A stretch of 34,546 nt of DNA, taken from a virus. Lineage: Duplodnaviria > Caudoviricetes. The notes beneath the pieces were generated by a model that saw only the letters and a program-made list of their open reading frames with translations, ran no database searches and was not told the DNA's origin. This document shows positions 1 through 7,705 of the stretch, piece by piece. The position numbers and the translations under genes are program-made. The stretch lies in the IMG/VR virus record IMGVR_UViG_3300033067_001409, positions 1 through 34,546 of that record; one strand, written 5' to 3'. The number at the start of each line of letters is the position of its first letter. Position 1 is the stretch's first letter.

Positions 1-38
1 AATTGACCACATTCATGAAATACCAGCCCTCTATGAGG

Positions 39-315
39 GGTAAAACCAAATGTACACTAAAAGATGTACTATTATATTTTGCCCGAAAACGTATAACGAG
101 CTGATAAAGAAAGGTTTATGCTATATTTTGCCCGTATAAACCTGTACAAACGGAAAGTACATTAGGCATCATTTTAAAGGCATTTAAAGGGCTGCAGGAG
201 GCCGTATCTCGCCCATAAAGTACATTGCACCACAAATAAAGCCCTAAAACACCCACGGCCCCGCAAATGCGCCAGCGGGAAAAACTGCACAAAAATATGT
301 ACATTTGGTTTTACC
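39..315. repeat. Perfect 18-bp inverted repeat with internal sub-repeats; candidate transposase-binding sites of the left end
   Basis: GGTAAAACCAAATGTACA (39-56) and TGTACATTTGGTTTTACC (298-315). TATATTTTGCCCG occurs twice (~74, ~122) and AAAGTACATT twice (~154, ~217). Confidence 0.7.
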
Positions 316-318
316 TAT

Positions 319-362
319 AAAAAGTAACACTTTGAAGTAACAGTTTCAAAGTGTTACTTTTT
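319..362. repeat. 18-bp perfect inverted repeat with 8-bp spacer
   Basis: AAAAAGTAACACTTTGAA - GTAACAGT - TTCAAAGTGTTACTTTTT. The spacer begins a third, direct copy of AAGTAACA. A T-tract follows. Confidence 0.75.
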
Positions 363-511
363 TTTGCACTTTTGGTTTTTAAAACAAGTTGTTTTTAGGT
401 GATTAAGGACCAAGATTGTGAATAATATAGCTCAGATAACTATGCATCAATCTGGGCTATAATGGTTACTCATCAGTTAAGTATTAGGTTGAGAAATATT
501 CAAACAATTTG

Positions 512-542
512 TTTGTATTTAGGTGCAGCCGGTCTACTTTTG
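512..542 (+). promoter_or_regulatory. Bacteroidota primary-sigma promoter pointing into the repressor 3' end
   Basis: TTTG (512-515) - 19 nt - TACTTTTG (535-542), matching the TTTG-N19-21-TAnnTTTG consensus. Confidence 0.6.
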
Positions 543-571
543 TCCTCCCTGCTTTTATAATCTACCTTCTC

Positions 572-742
572 ATGACCAAACCTAAAACACGCAGCACAAC
601 TAGTGCAAATAAAAGCCTGGGCAGGGATCAATTGATCCTTTTAGTCAAATCCATCTACTTATTGAATTCCGAGCATGGCGACAAAATCCGCCTTCGGATA
701 CCTGATGATGATTTTCAGATAAACACTAGCCGCAATCGCTAA
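572..742 (+). CDS. Possible 56-aa peptide (or merely an antisense transcript) overlapping the repressor 3' end
   Basis: ATG about 30 nt after the 512-542 promoter; 84-nt antisense overlap with the repressor; no recognisable motif. Confidence 0.25.
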   Translation: MTKPKTRSTTSANKSLGRDQLILLVKSIYLLNSEHGDKIRLRIPDDDFQINTSRNR

Positions 743-1138
743 GTCTCTCAGTGAATTAATATCTGGGTAATCTATGTAGCATTGGGAACATGCCAGCCGG
801 AGTAAAATATCTTGATGCGGAGTCAAAACGGCTGTATTTCTACTTATAACATATTGGTAAAGTGCCTCGATCTGCTCTGGAGTAGGGTCTCCTTGAGCGT
901 TTATTTTGTCAGATATTCCTACATATTTATCTCCTTGTCCTGTTAATATCCACATTGGATTAGCATTTGCATCCTTTAAAAGGGCCTCCAAATGCTCAAT
1001 TCTCAAATTTGCCTTCCCATTATCGCTCAATATGCCATAGTAGTAATGGGGTGTTATACCCATTACGCTGGCCATCTCGGTCTTATTTAGACCTAAATCC
1101 TGCCTGATTTCCTCTAATCTGCTGTTGCGTTCGGTCAT
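659..1138 (-). CDS. Prophage repressor with XRE/CI-type HTH
   Basis: RLEEIRQDLGLNKTEMASVMGIT... and ANPMWILTGQG, typical of CI N-domains; divergent from the early operon. ATG 1138 preferred over TTG 1150. Confidence 0.85.
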   Translation of the reverse strand: MTERNSRLEEIRQDLGLNKTEMASVMGITPHYYYGILSDNGKANLRIEHLEALLKDANANPMWILTGQGDKYVGISDKINAQGDPTPEQIEALYQYVISRNTAVLTPHQDILLRLACSQCYIDYPDINSLRDLAIAASVYLKIIIRYPKADFVAMLGIQ

Positions 1139-1171
1139 TTTATACCGCAAAAATGGTATTTTTTCGGGTTT

Positions 1172-1217
1172 TGTAAAAATATTTTACATAACAGATACAA
1201 TGTAAGATATTCTTACA
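1172..1217. promoter_or_regulatory. Two related 17-bp palindromic operators
   Basis: TGTAAAA-ATA-TTTTACA (1172-1188) and TGTAAGA-TAT-TCTTACA (1201-1217), between the repressor and Ner-like genes. Confidence 0.75.
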
Positions 1218-1218
1218 T

Positions 1219-1247
1219 CACCTTTGTGCCATTACTGTGCAAAAGTA
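1219..1247. promoter_or_regulatory. Face-to-face -7 boxes: early promoter (+) and repressor promoter (-)
   Basis: CACCTTTG on + (1219-1226, one mismatch) and TACTTTTG on - (1247-1240). No clear -33 boxes. Confidence 0.5.
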
Positions 1248-1269
1248 ATCGCGAACACAAGCAAAACAC

Positions 1270-1527
1270 ATGGCAACTGTAAAAAAGATTTACGACGGTT
1301 TGAAAAAACACGATGGCAGTATCACCGAACTGGCTAAGCGCGGGGATTGTAGCCGGGAATGGGTACGCAGAGTTTTGAATGGAACTCATGAAGATACCGA
1401 GCTGATGCTCAAAGCTGCGAAGCTTTGGATTGAGTTGGAAGAGAAGGAGAAAGAGCGCTTGTCAAGGGTTGAGCGATATGTAAAGCAAGCGGAGCAGCTT
1501 TCATTAGCCAATATGCAATGTGCCTGA
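1270..1527 (+). CDS. Ner/Cro-like HTH regulator
   Basis: SITELAKRGDCSREWVRRVLNG helix-turn-helix; first gene of the early operon. Confidence 0.75.
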   Translation: MATVKKIYDGLKKHDGSITELAKRGDCSREWVRRVLNGTHEDTELMLKAAKLWIELEEKEKERLSRVERYVKQAEQLSLANMQCA

Positions 1528-1577
1528 CAGCACAACATTTGAAGAATCCCAAATAGCTACCACCGACCACTTCCGAC

Positions 1578-3713
1578 ATGAACGACACACCGAATCTCCG
1601 CTTTGCTTTTGACCCTGATGACCTGGTTTGCCTCCCTGAGCGCAAAGACGGACAGGTAGTTAGAAAATGGTGGATAAGCCAAGAGGGATTGCTTAGAAAC
1701 TTGAAAGGAGTGACGGAGGTGTACTTGTGCAAGAGAATCCGCCCAATGTACCTCGACTCAGTATCCCAGGCGAAGCGTGACAAAGACATTCTCCCAGACA
1801 CCGGCAGATCATGGCGCTGGGCAAGGATCAAAGGACGCTTCTATTACTGCCTTGACAACATCCCGGACCAAGCTCCGGCGCGATACAAAAGCCAATTACC
1901 TCCAGCTGATCAGCTGGAATACATAAAACAAACAGCGGCCAAAAGTGGCCGTCTGCAACAACTTGAAAGACTGGTTAAACAAAGATTAGAGGCCCTTCAA
2001 AACACCTACCTGCAGCATTATTACGGATACACCAGCCAGCAAATGCAAGAGCTAAGCCGGGCATGTGCTGCACTGGACACGGTTCTCGATCTGGGGCAGC
2101 CCGAAGGCTTCAACGCCTCCTGGTTGCGCGACGTGGGCGAAGTGCTCGACACACTTGGGGTTCGATACCTGCCCACAAACTGGCGCAGGCTGGGCGAAAA
2201 GGTGGCCGAGGCAAAAGGTAAAGGTGTTTGGGAGGTCATTGACTTGCCACGCACCGACAACCAGAACGCTCGCAAGCTGAACGACACAGAGGTGGAAAGC
2301 TGGGTGATCCAGATGCGCGGAATGCCTCAAAACTTCTCCAACGCCCACATCATCCGCAAGATCCGGCAGGTGTGTACGCTGACAGGGAAGCGCGAGCCTT
2401 CAGAATCATGGCTTTCACAGCTGCTTGCGCAGCCAGCTACCAAGTTCCTGACAAGTGCAGGACGGTACGCTGATCGCGGAAGATTGGGCCAGGTGTACCG
2501 GGAATACACACCAGTAGCCAATGCGATTTTCGCAAACGACTGCTGGCAGCTGGACGGAACGAGGGTAAACTTCATTCCCTGGATGGGCGAGGATGGTCGC
2601 GAGAAGTTCCTCTATATGGTGGTATGCCGGGACGTGCATTCTGGCCAGATCCTGGGCGCATCGTTCAGCCTTTCTGAAGACCGATGGATGTACATCGATG
2701 CACTTGGAATGGCTGCAAGGCTGACCAAAACACTACCATACGAGGTAGCGATTGACCGATTCCCTGGACACAATACGCCGGAATGGCAAACCATCCAGGG
2801 ACGCATGGAAGCGGTAGGTGTAAAGGTGAGCTACAAGCATACAGCCACCGCAAAGGCTCAACTCGAACGCTGGTTTGGAACGCTGCAAAGTGTGTTTTTC
2901 CAGGAGTCGCCCTACTACTACGGCGAGGGCATACAAAGCCGACGCGAAGCCGCCCACCGCAGTGCAGAGTACTTGAAAGCGGTCCGTAAGGTGGCAAAAG
3001 GAGACGGTTGGAACATGGATACAGCAACCAAGGAGGCCGTTTGGTGCATTTCAAAATACAATACAACCGTGCTGAGCACCTACAGCCGCAAACACTCGGC
3101 AATTGAGCACAGCCCGGAACAACTTTACCAGATCAGCGAAAAACCGCACTCGAAAACAGTAACAGAATGGCAGCAGGCGATGCTATTCGGATTGATGAAA
3201 AAGGTCAGCATCCGGAACAGCATGGTAAGAACAGAGATCCAGAAGTCAGAATACCATTACGCAGTTCGGGATTACGAAGTGCTTAAAAATCACAAAAACG
3301 TCTGGCTGGCTTACGACCTGGAAGACTTGACAAAGGCCTGGATATTTGAAGACGACGACAAAAGATTACTAAATCCAAATTGCCTGTGCGAGGTGGATTT
3401 AGTGCCGAGGGTGCAGGTATTTGGTCCAAATGCGGACTACAAACAACTGGGAAGGGACAAGGCAAGACAAACACAAACTGAGATGAAGCGAGAAGCGGAA
3501 CTAGTCGCCAAAAGTGGTGACGGCAGCGAGGTAGGATTGCTGCTTAACGGTTTCGGCAGAAAGTCGGAGGCAGAGGCATCGGAGACGGATTGGCTGCTGC
3601 AAGAAATGAATGCAGAGCGTAAGGTCCCGGTGCTTCTCACCCTCCCCGAAGAAGAAACACAGCACCCGGAGCAAGAGATCAACGTGGCAAGGATGGTGCT
3701 TGACATGATGTAA
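1578..3713 (+). CDS. Mu-like DDE transposase (MuA equivalent)
   Basis: 711 aa; WQLDGT...AIDRFPG...KAQLERWFGTLQ catalytic D-D-E pattern; C-terminal LAYDLEDL..AWIF resembles the Mu transposase C domain. Confidence 0.92.
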   Translation: MNDTPNLRFAFDPDDLVCLPERKDGQVVRKWWISQEGLLRNLKGVTEVYLCKRIRPMYLDSVSQAKRDKDILPDTGRSWRWARIKGRFYYCLDNIPDQAPARYKSQLPPADQLEYIKQTAAKSGRLQQLERLVKQRLEALQNTYLQHYYGYTSQQMQELSRACAALDTVLDLGQPEGFNASWLRDVGEVLDTLGVRYLPTNWRRLGEKVAEAKGKGVWEVIDLPRTDNQNARKLNDTEVESWVIQMRGMPQNFSNAHIIRKIRQVCTLTGKREPSESWLSQLLAQPATKFLTSAGRYADRGRLGQVYREYTPVANAIFANDCWQLDGTRVNFIPWMGEDGREKFLYMVVCRDVHSGQILGASFSLSEDRWMYIDALGMAARLTKTLPYEVAIDRFPGHNTPEWQTIQGRMEAVGVKVSYKHTATAKAQLERWFGTLQSVFFQESPYYYGEGIQSRREAAHRSAEYLKAVRKVAKGDGWNMDTATKEAVWCISKYNTTVLSTYSRKHSAIEHSPEQLYQISEKPHSKTVTEWQQAMLFGLMKKVSIRNSMVRTEIQKSEYHYAVRDYEVLKNHKNVWLAYDLEDLTKAWIFEDDDKRLLNPNCLCEVDLVPRVQVFGPNADYKQLGRDKARQTQTEMKREAELVAKSGDGSEVGLLLNGFGRKSEAEASETDWLLQEMNAERKVPVLLTLPEEETQHPEQEINVARMVLDMM

Positions 3714-3736
3714 ATCGGAATGTTGGTTAATAGGAT

Positions 3737-3794
3737 TCTCCAGGGCAGTGGGTCAGCTGCAAAGTGCCGGGTTCGATTCCCGGGTGGAGATCAA
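3737..3794 (+). ncRNA. Miniature tRNA-like element 1 (55 nt, Cys-like remnant)
   Basis: Acceptor TCTCCA/TGGAGA (6 bp plus a G.G mismatch); T-arm CCGGG-TTCGATT-CCCGG; discriminator T then CAA. Only 23 nt replace the D and anticodon arms; they contain CTGCAAA. Confidence 0.55.
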
Positions 3795-3837
3795 GGCGCA
3801 ATTGGGGCGCTAGAAAGGCGGAGGTCTTTTCATGGTA

Positions 3838-3905
3838 AGCGCGGCCTCGGTGGTCGCTGGGCTCATAATCCAGATGAGGGGGTTCAATTCCCCTCCGCGC
3901 TACAA
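3838..3905 (+). tRNA. D-arm-less tRNA-like element 2, anticodon CAT (fMet-like)
   Basis: Acceptor AGCGCGG/CCGCGCT (7 bp); anticodon arm CTGGG-CTCATAA-TCCAG; T-arm GGGGG-TTCAATT-CCCCT; A then CAA. Only 12 nt where the D-arm should be. Confidence 0.7.
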
Positions 3906-3930
3906 TCTTTTATCATCATCACTACTCACA

Positions 3931-4290
3931 ATGAAAGAGTTAATCACAATCCTGCTTTTAGTGCTTGCCATCTGGCCAGCAATCAGCCAACGCGCACCTG
4001 GTGCGCCAACAAACATTTCCATTGGCGAACAAACCATTCTTGCGGTATATCCGGAAATGGCTGAGTTCATGATCGATGTACCGAAAGGTCAGCTGACGAT
4101 CATCCGGTTTGACCGGGATGACCGCCAGTCAACCTACCAGGTTATCCTCACCCAATCGGAGCCCCACCTGTATCGCGCAGACTTTTGCGGATCCAGCTGG
4201 ATTGAATTGAACACCATTACCGGATCAGCAACGATGTGCCACTTAGGCGTTTTGGAGGCCTTTTTTCCGACCTCCTACGCCCATCGGTAG
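3931..4290 (+). CDS. Small exported protein of unknown function
   Basis: MKELITILLLVLAIWPAIS|Q signal peptide with Gln at +1; two Cys; A-rich leader. The upstream start at 3832 overlaps the tRNA-like element. Confidence 0.7.
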   Translation: MKELITILLLVLAIWPAISQRAPGAPTNISIGEQTILAVYPEMAEFMIDVPKGQLTIIRFDRDDRQSTYQVILTQSEPHLYRADFCGSSWIELNTITGSATMCHLGVLEAFFPTSYAHR

Positions 4291-4494
4291 TCAGAACCCC
4301 CGCCTATGGGGAGAACACGCCAGTATGGTCAGCGTGATAACGTAGTGCAGCGAGCATACCCACCATTACCATTAGCGCTTTGCGAGTAGCCCATAAAAAC
4401 GCCAGCCCGACACGCTGTGAGTGCGGATAATCCACCCCCCTACTTTTTTCTCCTAAACCGGAAACAAAAGCACAGGATAAAATACATTTTCAAC

Positions 4495-5427
4495 ATGACA
4501 CAGCAACAAAAAAACGAGGTTGTAGCACTCATTGAAGTGGAAATCAACCGCCTTGGATCTCAGGAAAAGACAGCAAAAAAATGCTCTGTAAGCCCGGCCA
4601 CGCTCAGCCAGATGCGGGCAGGTAACTGGGACAACATTGCAGATTCAATGTGGTCAAAGGTCGCCAGCGCACTTGGATACCGCCCGGCAGGCTGGCAGAT
4701 GGCCGAAATCACCAACACACGAATTGTCCAGCATGTACTGGACAACGCCAAACAACAAAGCCTTTTCATGGCCGTCAGCCACCGCGCCGGATCCGGAAAA
4801 ACAGCCGGACAAACAGCTTACGAGGCCGTGAATAGAGGCAACTCGGTTTTCGCACTCTCCTGCAGGGAATGGGCAAAGCGCGAGTTCCTGCAAAATCTTG
4901 CTGCCAGCCTTGGTCTGGAAGCCTGGAATAAAACCCTTTCAATGGATAGCCTTTTGATGGCTATCACAGACTTCTTTAAGGTTCGCGCTGCCCAGCGCCC
5001 GCTCCTGATCCTTGATGAAGCGGACAAACTTAAAGGCCCTGCCATTCGCACCCTCATTACGCTATTCAACGAGTGTGAAGACCGCCTTGGAGTGGTCATA
5101 ATCGGGACGGATCACCTGGCAAAACAGATGCAAGCAGATGCCCGCTACAACCGCAAAGGCGCTGAAGAACTACTAAGCCGATTCGGTCGCAGATTCATCA
5201 ACCTGGTAGGAGCAACGCTCCAGGATGTAGCGCAGATCTGCACAGCCAATGGGGTGTCAGACAAGGAAACAATCAAACTGATTTTCAAAGAATGCGAGCC
5301 TGTCAACCGCATGGTTGGAGGCCAAAGCAAAGAGGTTGTAGAGGATCTGCGCCGGGTCAAACGCGCGGTGCAGCGTGAGGTACTTAAGCAAATGAATATC
5401 GAGGCCGACGAAGCTCAGGCCGCTTAA
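4495..5427 (+). CDS. MuB-like AAA+ transposition ATPase with N-terminal HTH
   Basis: SQEKTAKKCSVSPATLSQM HTH; Walker A (HRAGSGKT), Walker B (LLILDEAD), LLSRFGR arginine finger. Confidence 0.88.
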   Translation: MTQQQKNEVVALIEVEINRLGSQEKTAKKCSVSPATLSQMRAGNWDNIADSMWSKVASALGYRPAGWQMAEITNTRIVQHVLDNAKQQSLFMAVSHRAGSGKTAGQTAYEAVNRGNSVFALSCREWAKREFLQNLAASLGLEAWNKTLSMDSLLMAITDFFKVRAAQRPLLILDEADKLKGPAIRTLITLFNECEDRLGVVIIGTDHLAKQMQADARYNRKGAEELLSRFGRRFINLVGATLQDVAQICTANGVSDKETIKLIFKECEPVNRMVGGQSKEVVEDLRRVKRAVQREVLKQMNIEADEAQAA

Positions 5428-5447
5428 ACTATAAATAACAGCAGGAC

Positions 5448-5681
5448 ATGAAAAATAGCGACAACGGAATATTTGACCTGACACTTACCGCAATTGATAT
5501 TGAATATCGGACGCCTCCAGCAAGTCTTTATGTACACTTCATGGATTTAGACTCGCGTATTCGATATGGCTTTTGGAATGAACAGTTTCAACAATTCTAC
5601 TGCCTTGAGGGGCGATTCCCTAAGACTGAAATAATGGTCTGGTATGAGGTTCCAAAATTTTTACGGGTCGCTAAAGGATAA
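5448..5681 (+). CDS. Hypothetical protein
   Basis: 77-aa ATG ORF tiling the early operon. Confidence 0.6.
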   Translation: MKNSDNGIFDLTLTAIDIEYRTPPASLYVHFMDLDSRIRYGFWNEQFQQFYCLEGRFPKTEIMVWYEVPKFLRVAKG

Positions 5682-5708
5682 TTTTTCAAATTTCAAACAC
5701 TGTTTAAC

Positions 5709-6152
5709 ATGTCCAACGCAACTGCTAAAAAAATGCTCGCAAGGGCCGTCAAGCTTGACGCGCCAGCCGCCGCAAGAGTAAAAGCTGAGGTGCTTCTGAT
5801 GCTTCGTAATCAGGCAAAAGCGACTGAAGTAGAAATCTCGGCAATCGAAGACGAACTGCGGTCCTATGTTCTTTCTACCGGTGAAGTCGCTATCGGCCCA
5901 TTATTAGCCTACGAGCGCACCAGCCCTCCGAAGATGGTCGGCGCATCGGGCAAGATGCTCGAATCTCACACCGCGCAGCTGGTCAACCAGTTCCCGGACT
6001 ATGCCCCGCGCAAACTCGACCTGAGTATGATGCTGGCAGCACTGGAAACTGATCTGAATTTGAAAAACGCACTTCAAGTTCGGAATCTGGAAATCAGCCG
6101 TGGAAGTGGATGGTATTTCAAGACAGCAAAGAACGAGGAAGCCACGGTTTAG
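5709..6152 (+). CDS. Possible Gam-like DNA end-protection protein
   Basis: Coiled coil followed by YERTSPPKM...RKLDL...LEISRGSGWYFK, reminiscent of Mu Gam; position fits. The function is inference. Confidence 0.5.
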   Translation: MSNATAKKMLARAVKLDAPAAARVKAEVLLMLRNQAKATEVEISAIEDELRSYVLSTGEVAIGPLLAYERTSPPKMVGASGKMLESHTAQLVNQFPDYAPRKLDLSMMLAALETDLNLKNALQVRNLEISRGSGWYFKTAKNEEATV

Positions 6153-6161
6153 TAAATCACC

Positions 6162-6192
6162 GCTCTGCGCCCAAGATATTTGGGCGCAGAGC
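6162..6192. repeat. Perfect 13-bp GC-rich hairpin without a U-tract
   Basis: GCTCTGCGCCCAA-GATAT-TTGGGCGCAGAGC in an intergenic gap. Confidence 0.8.
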
Positions 6193-6205
6193 CAACAAAA
6201 AAGCC

Positions 6206-6397
6206 ATGATCATCCATTGCAAAGCCTGTGACCGAACCTTCGACCCCGAACAATACAACTGTGACGAAGACCTGCTTTGCCCTTTGATGCAAATTCAGAT
6301 CATCGAAAAAGACAACGCTGAAAACGACACTGAAGACGATCAACCAGGAGAAGGAAATCAAGCCCCAAGCGAATCTATTAACCGCGCTCAAAAATGA
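6206..6397 (+). CDS. Small Cys-rich acidic protein (possible zinc finger)
   Basis: MIIHCKACDRTF...NC...LCP; ATGA overlap with the next gene. Confidence 0.6.
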   Translation: MIIHCKACDRTFDPEQYNCDEDLLCPLMQIQIIEKDNAENDTEDDQPGEGNQAPSESINRAQK

Positions 6398-6840
6398 ATA
6401 ATAAATATACCATCACCTTCATAGGAAACCACAGCAATATCGTGATCCAGGTGGAGTACAATGAGATCGGAGTTTTGCAGTCCCTAAAGTTTGAAACGGA
6501 AGGATTGTCAGCTGATGCGGTTTCATTTTGCTACATGCGGGTGCCATACATCGAAGCAGATGTTTTGACGCTCGGTGGACCAAAAACGCCCATCCAAGTG
6601 GAGGCTGTACCAAAGGACCTATCATTCGTTGTTTTCTGGGAAACCTACGCCTACAAGATCGGCGACAGAACCAGAACCATGAAACTCTGGACAGCACTAA
6701 CTGAAGCTGATCGAATTAAATGCCTGCGCTCGATTAAGCAGTACAATCAGTTCCTGCAACAAAAGCCCAGCATGGAGCGGCTATACCCGGAAACCTATCT
6801 GAAACAGGAGCGATTCCGCAACGAGTTTAAACTAAAATGA
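6394..6840 (+). CDS. Phage protein with a replication-organiser-like C-terminal domain
   Basis: FVVFWETYAYK...KLW..L...LYPETYLKQERF matches the FW..Y..K...P.TYL...R pattern. Confidence 0.7.
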   Translation: MNNKYTITFIGNHSNIVIQVEYNEIGVLQSLKFETEGLSADAVSFCYMRVPYIEADVLTLGGPKTPIQVEAVPKDLSFVVFWETYAYKIGDRTRTMKLWTALTEADRIKCLRSIKQYNQFLQQKPSMERLYPETYLKQERFRNEFKLK

Positions 6841-7100
6841 TCGTCACTTTTCACATTGCCCAATCCGACCTGCATTCAATCCTGAATTTCGAGCGGATAG
6901 TAAGGGGCAAGATCAAAGGGTTGTACCTGGAGCGCCTTGAAACAACTGAAGCGGAGATCCTTTACCAGGCCACCACAGATATTCCAAACAACCTGCTCCT
7001 TTTGGGCGCAGCAATCTGGCTACAAAATGAAAAATCAGGCTACTACGAAAATAGATACCCTCACCAAGAAACGCCAGTTGCTGGCTCGCATCCTCGTTGA
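6837..7100 (+). CDS. Hypothetical protein
   Basis: ATGA-coupled to the upstream gene; 74-nt overlap with the next ORF. Confidence 0.55.
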   Translation: MIVTFHIAQSDLHSILNFERIVRGKIKGLYLERLETTEAEILYQATTDIPNNLLLLGAAIWLQNEKSGYYENRYPHQETPVAGSHPR

Positions 7101-7482
7101 ACGTGGACTGATGGCCAACAAAGGAGATATTCTTTCTCCTTATGGCGTGGAAAGGATCCGGGACCTAAACGGGTACCAGCTGGATGAACTGATTAACGGA
7201 CTCAAGCCAGTGGAGCGCAAGCGAAAAGCAACAGATGCTCCGCTCGAAATCCGTCAGGCGCGGTCCCTGGTGCTTACCCTGCTGGACGAATTGGGTATCA
7301 AGCCAGCTGCGGGCAATTGGCAGTTGGTCAATGATTACCTGCTACAGTCCAGGATTGGAGGTAAGGTGCTTTACGCAATGAATGAACAGGAGCTGAAGGA
7401 TTGTGCTGTCCGGCTCCGCTCAGTGATCCGCTGGAAAAAAGACAAGATCGAGGCAGAAAACGAACTGGCAAAAAATAACTGA
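7027..7482 (+). CDS. GemA/gp16-like phage regulatory protein (tentative)
   Basis: RQARSLVLTLLDELG...WQLVNDYL...RIGGKVLY.M...EL...AVRLRSV pattern; ATG 7027. Confidence 0.55.
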   Translation: MKNQATTKIDTLTKKRQLLARILVERGLMANKGDILSPYGVERIRDLNGYQLDELINGLKPVERKRKATDAPLEIRQARSLVLTLLDELGIKPAAGNWQLVNDYLLQSRIGGKVLYAMNEQELKDCAVRLRSVIRWKKDKIEAENELAKNN

Positions 7483-7484
7483 TT

Positions 7485-7694
7485 ATGGACAAATTATCAA
7501 GATCAAAACTCCATGAAGCCGGATATATATTTTACCGGGCATGTTACGACCACTTAAAAAAGGAAGGCAAAATCACCTATTCGATTAAACATGGTGCCTG
7601 GAAAAAACATAGCGGTGGATACAGGACTATTATCTCCTTACATGCCGCTTTGGATGACATTATCCATAATAATCCTAAAGCCTTGTTAGATTAA
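7485..7694 (+). CDS. Hypothetical protein
   Basis: 69-aa ORF 2 nt after the previous stop. Confidence 0.6.
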   Translation: MDKLSRSKLHEAGYIFYRACYDHLKKEGKITYSIKHGAWKKHSGGYRTIISLHAALDDIIHNNPKALLD

Positions 7695-7705
7695 AATCTA
7701 AAGCC

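Noticed and set aside
116-304. 62-aa minus-strand ORF
   Set aside because: Lies within the repeat-rich end region and has no protein-like features.
39-315. MITE bounded by 18-bp terminal inverted repeats
   Set aside because: No flanking target duplication is evident, and the position at the prophage edge fits transposase end sites better.
3791-3930. Theta/HDV-like ribozyme after the tRNA-like elements, or a permuted tRNA
   Set aside because: No nested double pseudoknot could be built, and no 5' acceptor strand follows element 1.
3720-4064. 114-aa ORF, and the 3832 start of the next ORF
   Set aside because: Both run through the tRNA-like elements; ATG 3931 gives a clean signal peptide.
4310-4400. 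Pistol ribozyme or SAM-II riboswitch
   Set aside because: Superficial hairpin and pseudoknot similarity only; the conserved core nucleotides are missing.
6162-6192. Intrinsic terminator
   Set aside because: No downstream U-tract on either strand.
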